From assembly GCA_965613025.1 (NCBI GenBank), contig CBFDUE010000005.1, positions 1,950-65,949 on the forward strand: 64,000 bases of DNA. The letters are read 5' to 3'. The notes under the pieces were generated by a model. That model was not told the DNA's origin. It saw only the letters and a list, made by a program, of their open reading frames with translations, and did no database searches. Made by a program: the position numbers and the translations under genes. The DNA is from an uncultured bacterium. Lineage in GTDB: Bacteria; Desulfobacterota; DSM-4660; Desulfatiglandales; JALVMZ01. Of this stretch, positions 17,721 through 29,600 are shown piece after piece; the stretch's first letter is position 1, and each line of letters starts with the position of its first letter.

Positions 17721-19163
17721 ATGGCTTTTAAGATATTTAATAGTTTTAAGAGAAAGAAACAGGAATTTTTCCCTATTAACTTTCAAAAGGTAGGGATGTA
17801 TGTATGCGGTGTCACTGTATATGATCTATGCCATATAGGGCATGCAAGATCTGCCATATTCTTTGATGTGTTTGTAAGATTTTTGAGGGCAGAGGGATAT
17901 AAGGTTACATATGTGAGAAATTTTACAGATATTGACGATAAGATCATTAACAGGGCAAAGGAGCTTGGAAAGAGCACTTCAGAGATTGCCAAGACCTATA
18001 TCAGGGCCTTCTATGAGGATATGGGAAGCCTATATGTAAAGAAAGCTGATATTGAACCCCGTGCCACTGAACATATATCAGAGATGATACAGATGATTCA
18101 GGCCCTCATCAATAATGGACATGCATATGAAGCGGATGGAGATGTGTTCTTTTCAGTGGAAAGTTACAGAGACTATGGACGGCTTTCGGGTAGAAGGCTT
18201 GAGGATATGAAAGCAGGTTTTAGGGTAGAGGTGGATCAAAAGAAGAGGCATCCCCTTGATTTTGCCCTATGGAAGAGGGCAAAGGAGGGAGAGCCCTATT
18301 GGGAGAGTCCATGGGGAAGGGGTAGGCCCGGATGGCATATGGAATGTTCTGTTATGAGCACAAAGTATCTGGGTAAGAGCTTTGATATACATGGGGGAGG
18401 GGAAGATCTCCTCTTTCCCCATCATGAAAATGAGAGGGCTCAGTCCATATGTGCACAGGGAGGAGAGTTTGCCCGCTATTGGGTTCACAATGGCTTTGTA
18501 ACAATGGAAGGGGAGAAGATGTCAAAATCCTTAGGAAATTTCCTAACTATAAGGGATGCCATAAAGGAATATCATCCTGAGCTCTTACGCCTCTTTCTGC
18601 TATCCAAGCACTATCGTAGCCCCATTGACTTCAGAAGAGATTCTGTAATAGCTCTTCAATCTGCACTTATAAGGTTATACAGAATGATTGAAAGATTGGA
18701 AAGGCTATGGGGAAAGGATAAGATTAAGCAGATAAAAGAAGAAAAAGAAGAGGGTGATTCAGATCTTAGTAGATTCCTTAACTATTTAAAGGATGATATA
18801 AACACAGCAGGTGCAATAGGAGTTCTATTTGATAAGGTAAGGGCCTTAAATAGATCCATAGATAGATTGGAAAAGGAGGGGGATTCAGGCACTGAGGATA
18901 TGGAAAGGGGGCTCTCTTCTATCTTTCAGATGGCAGATATCTTAGGGATACTTAATGAAGAGCCAAAGGAGTTTTTTGAAAGATTACATCCGGAACTTGC
19001 CAACTTAGATATGGAAAAGATTGAGAGGATGATAGCGGAGAGGGCTGATGCAAGGGCAAAAAAGGATTTTCAAAAGGCAGATGCAATTAGAAATGAACTG
19101 AGATCCATGGGTATTATCTTAGAAGATAGTCCAAGGGGAACGGTGTGGAGATTGGATGTTTAA
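17721..19163 (+). CDS. cysS: Cysteine--tRNA ligase
   Basis: [40 protein letters not shown]. Confidence 0.97.
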   Translation: MAFKIFNSFKRKKQEFFPINFQKVGMYVCGVTVYDLCHIGHARSAIFFDVFVRFLRAEGYKVTYVRNFTDIDDKIINRAKELGKSTSEIAKTYIRAFYEDMGSLYVKKADIEPRATEHISEMIQMIQALINNGHAYEADGDVFFSVESYRDYGRLSGRRLEDMKAGFRVEVDQKKRHPLDFALWKRAKEGEPYWESPWGRGRPGWHMECSVMSTKYLGKSFDIHGGGEDLLFPHHENERAQSICAQGGEFARYWVHNGFVTMEGEKMSKSLGNFLTIRDAIKEYHPELLRLFLLSKHYRSPIDFRRDSVIALQSALIRLYRMIERLERLWGKDKIKQIKEEKEEGDSDLSRFLNYLKDDINTAGAIGVLFDKVRALNRSIDRLEKEGDSGTEDMERGLSSIFQMADILGILNEEPKEFFERLHPELANLDMEKIERMIAERADARAKKDFQKADAIRNELRSMGIILEDSPRGTVWRLDV

Positions 19164-21147
19164 GATTGAAACCGAGCTTCGTCCCTGTGGTGATCAGCCA
19201 AAGGCAATAGAGAGCCTATCTGAAGGCATAAAGAGAGGATTAAGGCATCAGGTCTTGCTTGGGGTTACAGGCTCTGGCAAGACCTTTACTATGGCCCATA
19301 TCATAGAGAGATGCCAGCTACCTACCCTTATCATTGCTCCCAATAAGACATTGGCAGCTCAGCTATATGGGGAGCTTAAAAGGCTGTTTCCAAAAAATGC
19401 AGTGGAATACTTTGTTAGCTACTATGACTATTATCAGCCAGAGGCCTATATCCCTCAGACCGATACATATATCCAGAAAGATGCCCATATAAATGAGCAG
19501 ATTGATAAACTGAGACATTCTGCCACCAGATCTCTTCTTAGCAGAGATGATGTAATAATTGTTGCAAGTGTATCCTGTATATATGGACTGGGATCTCCTG
19601 AGGCATACTATGGGATGGTCCTATATCTGGAGAGGGGAGAGGAGATGCACAGAGAGGAAGCTCTTAAAAAGCTTGTAGAGATCCACTATGAACGTTCAGA
19701 TTATGACTTTTCAAGGGGAAAATTCAGGGTGAGGGGTGATGTGGTAGATATCTATCCTGTGCATGAGGATGAGACAGCAATAAGGGTTCAATTCTTTGGT
19801 GATATGATTGAAGAGATATGGGAGATTGATCCTGTAACCGGTAGAAGACAGAGGTCGCTAAACAAGATAACCATATATCCTGCAACCCACTATGTAACCA
19901 CAGTGGAGATAAGGGAGAGGGCCATTGAGGCCATAAGGGAGGAATTGAAAGAGAGGATAGAATATTTCAGATCCAGAGGAAGGCTTATAGAGGCACAGAG
20001 GATTGAGGAGCGAACCCTGTTTGACCTTGAGATGATGCAGGAGATGGGATACTGTCATGGCATAGAGAACTATTCCCGCCATCTTACTGGAAGGGCACCT
20101 GGAGAGCCACCCCCCACCCTTCTTGACTATTTTCCTAAGAGATTCCTTGTAATAATTGATGAAAGCCATATAACCATACCTCAACTAATAGGTATGTATA
20201 GAGGAGATAGGTCAAGAAAAGAGACACTGGTAGAGTATGGTTTTAGACTTCCTTCTGCCTTAGATAATCGTCCGCTTAAGTTTGAAGAGTTTGAAGAGAG
20301 GGTAAAGCAGCTCATATATGTATCTGCCACTCCTGGTCCATATGAATTAAGTGTGGCACAGAATATCGCAGAGCAGATAATCAGACCTACAGGGCTGATT
20401 GATCCAGAGATTCATATAAGGCCTGCCACAAACCAGGTAGATGACCTTATTGCCAGAATAAGAGAGAGGATAGAGAGGGACGAAAGGGTCCTGGTTACTA
20501 CTCTTACCAAGAGGATGGCAGAGGATCTAACTGACTATCTTACAGAGATAGGGATAAAGGTCAGATACCTACACTCAGATATCAAGACATTGGAAAGAGT
20601 AGAGATCATCAGGGATCTCAGAATGGGAGTATTTGATGTGCTTGTGGGGGTGAATCTACTCAGAGAAGGCCTTGATATACCTGAAGTGTCATTGGTTGCA
20701 ATATTGGACGCAGATAAAGAGGGATTCCTGAGATCAGAAAGATCCATTATACAGACATGTGGAAGGGCTGCAAGAAATGTAAATGGAACAGTAATTCTCT
20801 ATGCGGACCAGATAACAGACTCCATTAAAAAGGCAGTGGAAGAGACCAACCGAAGGAGAAGGATACAACAGGAATACAACAGGAAGAACAATATCACTCC
20901 TGAATCCATTAAGAAAAACATAGATGATATCTTATCTTCTGTATATGAGGCCGATTATGTAACCATTCCCAAGGTAGAGCTAAAGGAAGAGGGCAGGGAG
21001 TATGGAAGCATTGATGAAATAAGAAGAGAGATAGAGACTCTTAAAGAGGAGATGAGACAGGCGGCAGAGGATTTAGAATTTGAAAAGGCAGCGTTTTTAA
21101 GAGATAGGATAAAAAGATTAGAAGAGATGGAGCTGGAGCTTTTATAA
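19156..21147 (+). CDS. uvrB: Excinuclease ABC subunit B
   Basis: [31 protein letters not shown] and a C-terminal UVR motif. Confidence 0.97.
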   Translation: MFKIETELRPCGDQPKAIESLSEGIKRGLRHQVLLGVTGSGKTFTMAHIIERCQLPTLIIAPNKTLAAQLYGELKRLFPKNAVEYFVSYYDYYQPEAYIPQTDTYIQKDAHINEQIDKLRHSATRSLLSRDDVIIVASVSCIYGLGSPEAYYGMVLYLERGEEMHREEALKKLVEIHYERSDYDFSRGKFRVRGDVVDIYPVHEDETAIRVQFFGDMIEEIWEIDPVTGRRQRSLNKITIYPATHYVTTVEIRERAIEAIREELKERIEYFRSRGRLIEAQRIEERTLFDLEMMQEMGYCHGIENYSRHLTGRAPGEPPPTLLDYFPKRFLVIIDESHITIPQLIGMYRGDRSRKETLVEYGFRLPSALDNRPLKFEEFEERVKQLIYVSATPGPYELSVAQNIAEQIIRPTGLIDPEIHIRPATNQVDDLIARIRERIERDERVLVTTLTKRMAEDLTDYLTEIGIKVRYLHSDIKTLERVEIIRDLRMGVFDVLVGVNLLREGLDIPEVSLVAILDADKEGFLRSERSIIQTCGRAARNVNGTVILYADQITDSIKKAVEETNRRRRIQQEYNRKNNITPESIKKNIDDILSSVYEADYVTIPKVELKEEGREYGSIDEIRREIETLKEEMRQAAEDLEFEKAAFLRDRIKRLEEMELELL

Positions 21148-21188
21148 TTGGAATTATATTAATAAGGGGGACTGTGAGATAAGGATTA

Positions 21189-21845
21189 TTATATGGGGCT
21201 TTTAAATGATCTGATCCATCCTTCAACCCTCTCCTTTCCATATGCCTCTTTCCATGCTGAGATGATCTTATCTACAGGTATATCGTGAAACGTACCATGA
21301 TATTTCACATATTCCATGAATTTCTTTTTTTCCAGATTATAGGGTTGAAAAAGGGAATCCTCATATCCATTAAATTCAAGTGGTGGAACCTTATGTTTTT
21401 CACAAAGCTCCCTATTAAATGCTGGAGTTGCCTTAACCCATTTTCCATTTAGATAGAATTCCACAAATCCATGATAGACAAAGAGGTCTGTTCCTAAAAA
21501 ATCCAGCAGTTCCTTTGTAGCAAGATGATTTTTGACATCTGCAAACCCCACTCTCGTAGGAATATTACATGCCCTTCCTAAGGCACAAAGTACTGAGGCC
21601 TTGCTAACACAAAATCCTCTTCCCCTGCGAAGCACAACGCTTGCCTTGTAGTGCTCTGGAAGATAGAAGGGGGTATAGGGATCATACCATATTCCATCCC
21701 TTACAGCATAGTATATCCTCTTTGCCATCTCTATCTTTGTCCCCTTAAGGCCTTGGGTAAGCATAGAGGCATACTCCCTTATCTCCGGGCTATCACTGTC
21801 TATTATGTAAGTGGGTTTAAGATATATTTCCATATCTTCCATCAT
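21189..21845 (-). CDS. Transglutaminase-like domain protein
   Basis: IYYAVRD.I.Y, GFCVSKA (Cys), VYHG (His), WVKATP. ATG 21845 follows GGAG. Confidence 0.8.
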   Translation of the reverse strand: MMEDMEIYLKPTYIIDSDSPEIREYASMLTQGLKGTKIEMAKRIYYAVRDGIWYDPYTPFYLPEHYKASVVLRRGRGFCVSKASVLCALGRACNIPTRVGFADVKNHLATKELLDFLGTDLFVYHGFVEFYLNGKWVKATPAFNRELCEKHKVPPLEFNGYEDSLFQPYNLEKKKFMEYVKYHGTFHDIPVDKIISAWKEAYGKERVEGWIRSFKSPI

Positions 21846-21953
21846 ATAGGCTCCTAAAATTGTTATTGACACATCTTCATATAATTATACCATTATTACA
21901 GTTATTTTGTAGCTAAAATGTAGTTAAAACTTGTAATTTAAAAAGGACAGAGT

Positions 21954-22136
21954 GTGAATCAGGAAAAGAGATCCAGAAATCAAAAGGATGAGACAGAGAG
22001 ATCTGGAAAGGTGAAATTTGAGGTATATGGGGAGGAGATGATTGAAAAGGAGGTAAAATTGAGTGGAAATAGTGGCAGGGTATATCTCCCCCCAGATTGG
22101 GTGGGACATAGGGTGAAGATAATAAGGATTGATTGA
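21954..22136 (+). CDS. DUF2080 family small (AbrB-like) protein
   Basis: EKEVK.SGNSGRVYLP.DWVG..VKIIRID. Confidence 0.78.
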   Translation: MNQEKRSRNQKDETERSGKVKFEVYGEEMIEKEVKLSGNSGRVYLPPDWVGHRVKIIRID

Positions 22137-22588
22137 TGGAGAATATCAGAGAGAAGGTAAAGATAAGAAGACTTAGGCCAGAAGATTCTTCCCAGATAGA
22201 CAGAATATATTCTGCTATTGTAAAGAAAGATGCGGTGGTAGATTCCCGCAAGATAATATCCCATCTCATTGATGATAAGGAGAATGCCAGCTTTGTTGCA
22301 GAGATAGAAGGGAAAGTGGTGGGATTTATGATAAGCTATATCCTTAGTGGTGGATTTGGAATGATAGAAAAGAGCGCCTGGATTGCCATGCTCGGAGTGG
22401 ATCCCCGCTATATGGGCCAGGGAATAGGTAAGATGCTTGCAGAAGAGATATTTAAATTTTACAGAAAAAAGAAGATTAAGACCATCTATACCTCTGTTAG
22501 GTGGGATTCTGTGGATCTCCTCTCATTCTTTAAGACACTTGGATTTGATAGAAGCAATTTTATAAATTTAAGAAAGACATTGAGATAG
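22136..22588 (+). CDS. GNAT family acetyltransferase
   Basis: FVAE.EG.VVGF, GVDP.Y.GQGIG, FFK.LGF. Confidence 0.88.
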   Translation: MENIREKVKIRRLRPEDSSQIDRIYSAIVKKDAVVDSRKIISHLIDDKENASFVAEIEGKVVGFMISYILSGGFGMIEKSAWIAMLGVDPRYMGQGIGKMLAEEIFKFYRKKKIKTIYTSVRWDSVDLLSFFKTLGFDRSNFINLRKTLR

Positions 22589-22678
22589 ATCCATTCTAAG
22601 TATTGTCCAATTACAATAAGACATGTTAAATAATACTCAAACAGATGAGATAATCTTACACAATGGGGGTTATTGAGG

Positions 22679-23455
22679 ATGATTACTGCTGGAATTGACT
22701 GTGGTTCAAAGAATACCAAGACAATTCTTCTAAGAGAGGATCAGATAATTTCAAAGGCAATGGAACCTACCGGTTTTGATCAGATAAGAGCCATAAAGGA
22801 GTCATTTGAAAAGGCTCTTCATATGGCAAAGCTCCACAGAAAAGATATAGACAGGATCGGGGGGACGGGAGCAGGAAAAGAGCTTATTGAATTTTCGCAT
22901 ATCACCATAAATGAGATAAAGGCGATTTCAAAGGCAGCAAATTTCTTCTTCCCTTCTTCAAGAACTGTTGTGGATGTGGGAGCTGAAGAGGCAAGGGCCG
23001 CAAAGATTGACGAAAATGGTAATACCCTTGATTTTGAGATAAATGAGAGATGTGCGGCAGGGGCTGGGACCTTTATTGAGACTATGGCACGGGCATTGGA
23101 GGTTCCATTAGAGGAGATGGGAACCCTTGCCCTTAAATCAAAAAGAGAGATACACATTAATGCCCAGTGTGTGATATTTGCAGAATCGGAGGTGGTTGGG
23201 CTTATCCACTCCAAAGTCCCAAAAGAGGATATCAGCAAGGCCATTCACGATGCCATGGCAAATAGGATTGCCAGCTTAATAAGAAGGATAGGGCTCCACA
23301 AGGAGGTGGTTATGATGGGAGGGGTGGCATATAATGTGGGATTCATAGAGGCATTTAAGAGAGAGCTCCAACTTGAAAGATTATTCATTCCGGATGCCCC
23401 CGAATATGGGGGAGCTGTTGGTGCAGCCATTTTGGCAGGGGAGGCCTTAAGATGA
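22679..23455 (+). CDS. BadF/BadG/BcrA/BcrD-family ATPase (BzdP-like activase subunit)
   Basis: AGIDCGS..TK, VVDVGAEE, NERCAAGAG.F.E, CVIFAESEV, GAVGAA. Confidence 0.85.
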   Translation: MITAGIDCGSKNTKTILLREDQIISKAMEPTGFDQIRAIKESFEKALHMAKLHRKDIDRIGGTGAGKELIEFSHITINEIKAISKAANFFFPSSRTVVDVGAEEARAAKIDENGNTLDFEINERCAAGAGTFIETMARALEVPLEEMGTLALKSKREIHINAQCVIFAESEVVGLIHSKVPKEDISKAIHDAMANRIASLIRRIGLHKEVVMMGGVAYNVGFIEAFKRELQLERLFIPDAPEYGGAVGAAILAGEALR

Positions 23456-24339
23456 GCAATGAAAAAAGAGAATTTTGGAGATGGAAAGAATCTGGCTGGA
23501 AGGCTCCAGATATGGATTGGAAAGATGCCAAATTTATTACCGTAGGAATTGATGTGGGCTCAGTGAGTTCTCAGGCAGTTATTATGGCAGATGGAAAGAT
23601 GCTTTCCTATACCAATATCAGGACAGGTTCAAACAGCCCAGAAAGCGCTGTCAAAGTGTTTAAGCAGGTATTAAAGATAGCAGAACTTTCAGAGAGTAGG
23701 ATAGACTATTGTATAGGGACAGGATATGGAAGGGTAAATGTCCCCATGGCAGATAGGACCATTACTGAGATTGCCTGCCATGCAAGGGGGGCACATTTCA
23801 TATATGGGCCAGAGGTAAGAACGGTTCTGGATGTGGGTGGGCAAGATATAAAGGTGATCCACTGTGATGAAAAGGGAAGGGTAGTAAATTTTTTGCTGAA
23901 TGATAAATGTGCTGCAGGCACTGGAAGGGGAATGGAGGTCTTTGCAGATCTTCTAAATATTCCCATTACTGAGATAGGAGAGAGATCTTTTAAGATAGAC
24001 AAGGAGCCAGATGCGGTATCCAATACATGCGTTGTATATGCTAAGAGTGAGGCAACAATGCTCTTAAGAAAGGGATGGCCCCCTGAAAAGGTGCTTGCTG
24101 CCTATTGTAGGGCAATGGCAGAGAGGATATATTCTCTGATGGAAAAGATCGGGGTAATTCCTGAAATTGCCATTACTGGAGGGATGGCCAAAAACAGGGG
24201 AGTAGTTGAAAGATTAATTTCCATGATTAAATACACACCTTTAAAGACAGAGTGGGATCCTCAGATTGCAGGTGCAATCGGCGCTTCCCTATTTGGTTAT
24301 ACCCTCTGTATGAGGGGAAAGGGCAGAAAGAGGCTGTAA
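23452..24339 (+). CDS. bzdQ: Benzoyl-CoA reductase bzd-type subunit Q-like ATPase
   Basis: N-terminal EFWRW.E..W extension; GIDVGSVSSQA, GTGYGR, TEIACHARGA, NDKCAAGTGRGME, CVVYAKSE. Confidence 0.75.
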   Translation: MSNEKREFWRWKESGWKAPDMDWKDAKFITVGIDVGSVSSQAVIMADGKMLSYTNIRTGSNSPESAVKVFKQVLKIAELSESRIDYCIGTGYGRVNVPMADRTITEIACHARGAHFIYGPEVRTVLDVGGQDIKVIHCDEKGRVVNFLLNDKCAAGTGRGMEVFADLLNIPITEIGERSFKIDKEPDAVSNTCVVYAKSEATMLLRKGWPPEKVLAAYCRAMAERIYSLMEKIGVIPEIAITGGMAKNRGVVERLISMIKYTPLKTEWDPQIAGAIGASLFGYTLCMRGKGRKRL

Positions 24340-24475
24340 ATGGAATCTGTCATTGCGAAGCAATCTGAGAATGGTTCATGGTTCGAGGTTTGGGGGTAGA
24401 AGGGGGGATGAGATTGCTTCGCTTCGCTCGCAATGATGGGAAAAAGAGGATTTTACTTAATCTGGGCAAGGCTCT
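24324..24475 (+). repeat. MITE family X degenerate copy (type B interior with one GTCATTGCG...CGCAATGA palindromic unit)
   Basis: CAGAAAGAGGCTGTAAATGGAATCTGTCATTGCGAAGCAATCTGAGAATGGTTC is shared with 57531-57584. Ends GCAAGGCTCT. The left terminal hairpin is missing. Confidence 0.75.
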
Positions 24476-24484
24476 TTGGAAGAG

Positions 24485-26551
24485 CTATTCTATGCCTCTT
24501 CTTTTCCTGTTTTTTTCTTCATACATCTTCTTATCTGCCAGAGAGAGAAGCTCTTCAATATCTAAAGGATTCTGCGGGTCATACTCTGAAATCCCTATAC
24601 TTATTGAAAAATTATAGGGGGGGTTATGCTCTTTTACATACCTTTCAATCCCCTTCTTTATCCTGTTCTTCAACACCTCCTTTTTAATACCATCCTGAAT
24701 ATCAAGTGCCATAACCACGAATTCATCTCCACCTATTCTGGCTATAATGTCAGGCTCCCTGAAGTTCTGCTTTAAGATCTTTGATACTGCAATTAAGGCA
24801 TTATCACCTTCTTTGTGACCAAAGCGATCATTTATCTCCTTTAGTCCATCCAGATCCAGAAATATAATAAAGATCTTTTTCATGGATCTGTTTGCCTCTT
24901 TTATCTCTTGCTCTGCTAAGGTAAAGAATCCCCTTCTGTTATAGAGGCCTGTAAGCTCATCCCTTAATGACTGGGCCTTTAATTCCTCTTCTAATCTTTT
25001 TCTTTCAGTTATATCTCTTAAGATGGCAAACAGATAGGATATGCCTTCCAGATAGAATCTATTTAGGGATACCTCTACATATACCTTGTTGCCTCTCTTT
25101 GTTATATGCTCCCATTCAAATACCTGAGATCCCTCTCTGAGAGCCTTTTTCACATACTCTGTGCCCTTTTCTATGGATCTCCTGCCATCTGGCTGAAATT
25201 CGGGTGAAAAGCTAAAGATGCTCCTTCCAATAATCTCATCTCTTGTACATTCAAATAGCTTTTCAGTTGCCCTGTTACAGTCCACGATCTTATCTCCTCT
25301 AATTAGCATGATGGGTTCAAAGGCCATCTCAAAGAGTGTTTTATACCGTTTTTCACTCTCTCTGAGGGATCTTTCAAACTTTTCCCTTTCCCTTATATAT
25401 TCATTTATCCTCTCATGCACCTTCTCTTCCAGTTCACGATGTTCCTTAATAAGTCTCTTTTCAAGCTTTTTCCTATATGTTACCTCTTCCTGAAGCCTCT
25501 TTTTTTCACTGATATCCCTTCCAAAGAGGAGATATCCCACAGTGTCCTTAAATTCATCATCAATCCTGACACAGGTAAGGGAGATATGAAGTATTCTGTT
25601 ATTTCTATCGGTAATAGGGATCTCCATAGATATTTCGTGTTCTTTTGGATTCTGCGTAGAGATCCTTTCCATGATCTCTTTAAATGGTCTGTGCCTTAGT
25701 ATCTTCCATATGGGATAATCGCTTACACCTTCCGTATCAATCTGAAATATCTCTTTTGCCCTTTCATTGGCCTTTAATATTCTGAAATTCCTATCCAGTA
25801 AGATCACTATATCCTTAATTCTTGAGAAGATATCCTGGGTTGCAATATGGGGAGAGAGGGTCATAAATCTGTATCTAAGGATCGCATAGAAATTAAAGAA
25901 TACCCATATGAGGATGATAACAGGTGCCATGGCAGGTAAGAGAGTAATATGGTAGGCAGGTAGCACTAAATTACTTATAACTCCCATGATAAAAGAGATA
26001 GTAATACCTAAGAGGATGACCTGGGCCTGTTTCTTTTCTTTAAATAGAGTGGCCTCTCTTTTCCATCTCCAGACCAGATAGATACTTGCAAAGATAAATG
26101 CAGAAAGTATTATTATATAGAGCCAGAACCATATGGACTCTGGCATTCCCACCTCATACCATACATTTCCCTTCCTTATAAAGCCCTTAATTATCAGCGT
26201 GTCTTTCCATACCCTATAGGTAAAGATCAACCCCGGAAGATAGAGCAGACACTGAGCTTCTCCTATCTTTTTAACTCTTTTTGTAAGTATCAGATAGAGA
26301 TGAAGGCCGGCAGAGAAGAAGTTGCACCATCCAATTGAGGAGAGCTTATACCAAAATAGCACCCTTTGTTCCTCTGTCTCCAAGAATATCATGGCATAGG
26401 GCAGTGACCATGAAATCATCAATAGGCAAATAAGGAGAAAGACCCTGTGTGGATGGCTTTTAGGTGCTAATCTTATGGTATAGATGCCGAGGGCAAGATA
26501 TATAAATACGGTTATTAGATATATGAAAAAATAGGGGAAATTCAAAACCAA
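24485..26551 (-). CDS. Diguanylate cyclase with HisKA_7TM-like membrane domain and two PAS domains
   Basis: Seven hydrophobic segments, PAS/PAC signatures (RDISE, RDITERK), DELTGLYNRR, I-site REPD, GGDEF. Confidence 0.9.
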   Translation of the reverse strand: MVLNFPYFFIYLITVFIYLALGIYTIRLAPKSHPHRVFLLICLLMISWSLPYAMIFLETEEQRVLFWYKLSSIGWCNFFSAGLHLYLILTKRVKKIGEAQCLLYLPGLIFTYRVWKDTLIIKGFIRKGNVWYEVGMPESIWFWLYIIILSAFIFASIYLVWRWKREATLFKEKKQAQVILLGITISFIMGVISNLVLPAYHITLLPAMAPVIILIWVFFNFYAILRYRFMTLSPHIATQDIFSRIKDIVILLDRNFRILKANERAKEIFQIDTEGVSDYPIWKILRHRPFKEIMERISTQNPKEHEISMEIPITDRNNRILHISLTCVRIDDEFKDTVGYLLFGRDISEKKRLQEEVTYRKKLEKRLIKEHRELEEKVHERINEYIREREKFERSLRESEKRYKTLFEMAFEPIMLIRGDKIVDCNRATEKLFECTRDEIIGRSIFSFSPEFQPDGRRSIEKGTEYVKKALREGSQVFEWEHITKRGNKVYVEVSLNRFYLEGISYLFAILRDITERKRLEEELKAQSLRDELTGLYNRRGFFTLAEQEIKEANRSMKKIFIIFLDLDGLKEINDRFGHKEGDNALIAVSKILKQNFREPDIIARIGGDEFVVMALDIQDGIKKEVLKNRIKKGIERYVKEHNPPYNFSISIGISEYDPQNPLDIEELLSLADKKMYEEKNRKRRGIE

Positions 26552-26694
26552 GACCTTGAATATATTTTTTATTGAACTTATGTTATTAAATTATGTTTCT
26601 AAAAACCATCTCTTTTTTCAATCCATTTTTTACCCTTAGTGGAAGAAAAGATGCTCTGGCAGGATAAGATAAAGTCGGCCTTATGATATGGATT

Positions 26695-29600
26695 TTAGGA
26701 TTCCCCTTTTTCTAAGACCTCCCTTATGAGCTTTAACAATACCTCTAATTTAAAGGGCTTTTGAATGAAATTTATACCACGGCTCAATACCCCATGTTTT
26801 ACTATAGCATTTTCAGGATAGCCAGAGATAAAGATACATTTAAGCGTTGATCTCTCTGCCTTAAGCCTGTCATATAGCTCTTTTCCACCCAACTGGGGCA
26901 TTATAACATCTGTGACTAAGAGGTCTATCTTCTCTCCTATTTCAGAGGATATCTTCAATGCCTCAATTCCATCTCTTGCACTCACCACTTTGTATCCATG
27001 ATTTTCAAGATAATCTATCATCATCTCCCTTAGCATATCATCATCTTCAACAACCAGAAGTGTCTCAGTGCCTCTTAGATCCTTTATTAATATGGAAGCC
27101 TCTCTCTCTTTGTCTTCTGCCTCTTCAACTGCAGGGAAATAGATCTTAAATGTGGTCCCTTTTCCCTTCTCACTATAACACCATATATACCCCTTATTCT
27201 GTTTTACTATTCCATATACGGTTGAAAGTCCCAGTCCCGTCCCCGTTCCTTTTGGCTTTGTAGTAAAAAATGGATCAAAGATCTTATCCATTATATCTTC
27301 ATCAATTCCGGACCCCGTATCTGTTATTGCCATCATAACATAGGGGCCGGTTGGAATTTCAACACCGTGAGTCTTTGCATATCTTTCATCCAGGATTACA
27401 TTACATGTCTCTATTGTCAATCTTCCACCTTCTGGCATAGCATCCCTTGCATTTACACATAGATTCATAACTACCTGTTCAAGCTGGGATGGATCCAGCT
27501 TTACATTCTTTAAGCCCTTTTCAAAATAGGTGACGAATTCAATATCCTCTCCCAAGACCCTTTTTAACATCCCTTCCATACCCTTAAGGACACTGTTCAG
27601 ATTAAGGATTATGGGCTGTATGACCTCTTTTCTGCTGAAGGCAAGTAGCTGTCTTATAAGGGTAGAGGCCTTTTTGGAAGAGTCCAAAATGCCTTGCAAA
27701 TATCCAATTATGGGATTATCTTGAGGTAGTTTAAAGAGGGATAGCTCAGAAAATCCCATAATACTTGTAAGGATGTTATTAAAGTCATGGGCAATACCCC
27801 CGGTTAGCCTTCCAATGGCTTCCATCTTCTGAGCTTGGAGGAATTGCGCCTCTAATCTTTTCCTCTCAGTAATGTCTCTTAGATTTACCACCATCCCGGA
27901 AGGGTTGCCATATTCATCCAGCACAAGGGATGCACTGAGTTCAATATCTAACACCCTTCCGTCTTTGGTGAGCCTTTGGGTTTCCATTCTGATAGGTCTT
28001 TTTGTTCTATAAATCTCTTCAATCTTCTGTCTGGTTATCTCTACCTGATCATTAGGAACAAAAGGTATCCTCCTTCCTTTTAACTCTTCAATCTTCCAGC
28101 CAAAGACACTTTCAAATGCAGGGTTTAGATATTCTGGTATCCCCTCTGTATTATATACTACCATGGGATCGGGATTGGCCTGAAACACAGCCATTATTCT
28201 CTGTTCACTTCGTCTAAGTGCTTTCTCTTTTTCTTTGCGTTCAGTTACATCTTTTAATATGGATATAAGGCATATCTTTCCCTCAAACTCAATCTGCTCA
28301 GCAGACCATATGTAGAAGATAGTCTTTTCATCTCTTCTTTTGTAAGATCTTTCATAATTTATGATTCTTCCATCTTTTTGGATCTTTTCAATCGTAGAGG
28401 TTCTCTCCTCTAAATTAGCCCAAAATCCCACATCCACTAAATCTTTTCCAATAACCTCATCTCTCTTTAATTTAAAAAGATCAAAGAAGGCATCATTTGC
28501 CTCCATAAAGATACCCTTCTCAAGAGTGCATATACAGATGGGTTCAGGACTGGATCTAAAGGCCTTAGAAAATTTCTCTTCACTCTTTCTCAATGCATCC
28601 AATAGCCTCTTCTGCTCAGTAATATCCCTTAAGATATTCTGAAATATGGTTCTACCCTCTGAATCTTTTGTAGCAATTGAATTTATAACCACCTCCATCC
28701 TCATCCCATCTTTTCTAATGGCCCTGCATTCATAGTCCTTTACAAATCCGGCCTCACTTATCTCTCTTTTCCATCTGTCCAGATCTTCCTCATTTTCGCA
28801 AATGGCCCTCAGATTGATCTTTTCCATCTCCTCCCTTTTATATCCAAACATCTTGCACCAGGCATCGTTTGCATCAATTATATTTCCATCCTCATCACTT
28901 AAGAATATGGCATCTATTGAGTTTTCAAAAAGCGTCCTGTAACGCTTCTCCCTTTCAAAGAGCTCTCTTTGAGATCTCAGCCTGATCCTTCTTTCAATAA
29001 CCAGAAAGATAATAAATAAAGAGATAATGGCAATAAATCCAGCACCTGCCCATATCCACTCTTTTGGAAAGGTGTATGTGGGAGGTGGTCTATTAAAGAT
29101 AATAGAGCCTTCAGGAAGCCTTTTTTCTGATATATCCCACCTCTTTAATTGTCTATAGTCAAACATAAAGGTGGCGGTTCCTTTTCTATTAATCGGAATA
29201 TCTCTTACCCTCTTCCCCTTATATATCATAACCGCCATCATTGAAGCCGCACTTCCGTGGATCTTTGCAGAGTTCATCTTACCACCCACTACACCATATT
29301 GAAGCATATAATCCACCACACCATAGACGGGCACAGGAGAGGCAGCGGTTATCTCTGGATAGGTTCTATCCCAAGATACATATCTCCCCTCTTTCCCCTT
29401 GACCCAGATACAGAGGAGCACCACCGAGTCTGAAGAGAGATCTTTTAATCTATTCAACATCTCATCAGTGGTAAGCACTGCACCTGAAAGATATACAAAT
29501 CTCTTTTTTGGAAATCTTTTTTCAACCTTTTTGACCTGCACTCTATATCCCATCCCTGTAAGTGTTCCATCATGGACAACCACAATATTTCTTACCTTGG

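Noticed and set aside
24378-24687. ORFs 24378-24617 and 24433-24687
   Set aside because: They start inside the palindromic repeat and run antisense to the diguanylate cyclase; artefacts.
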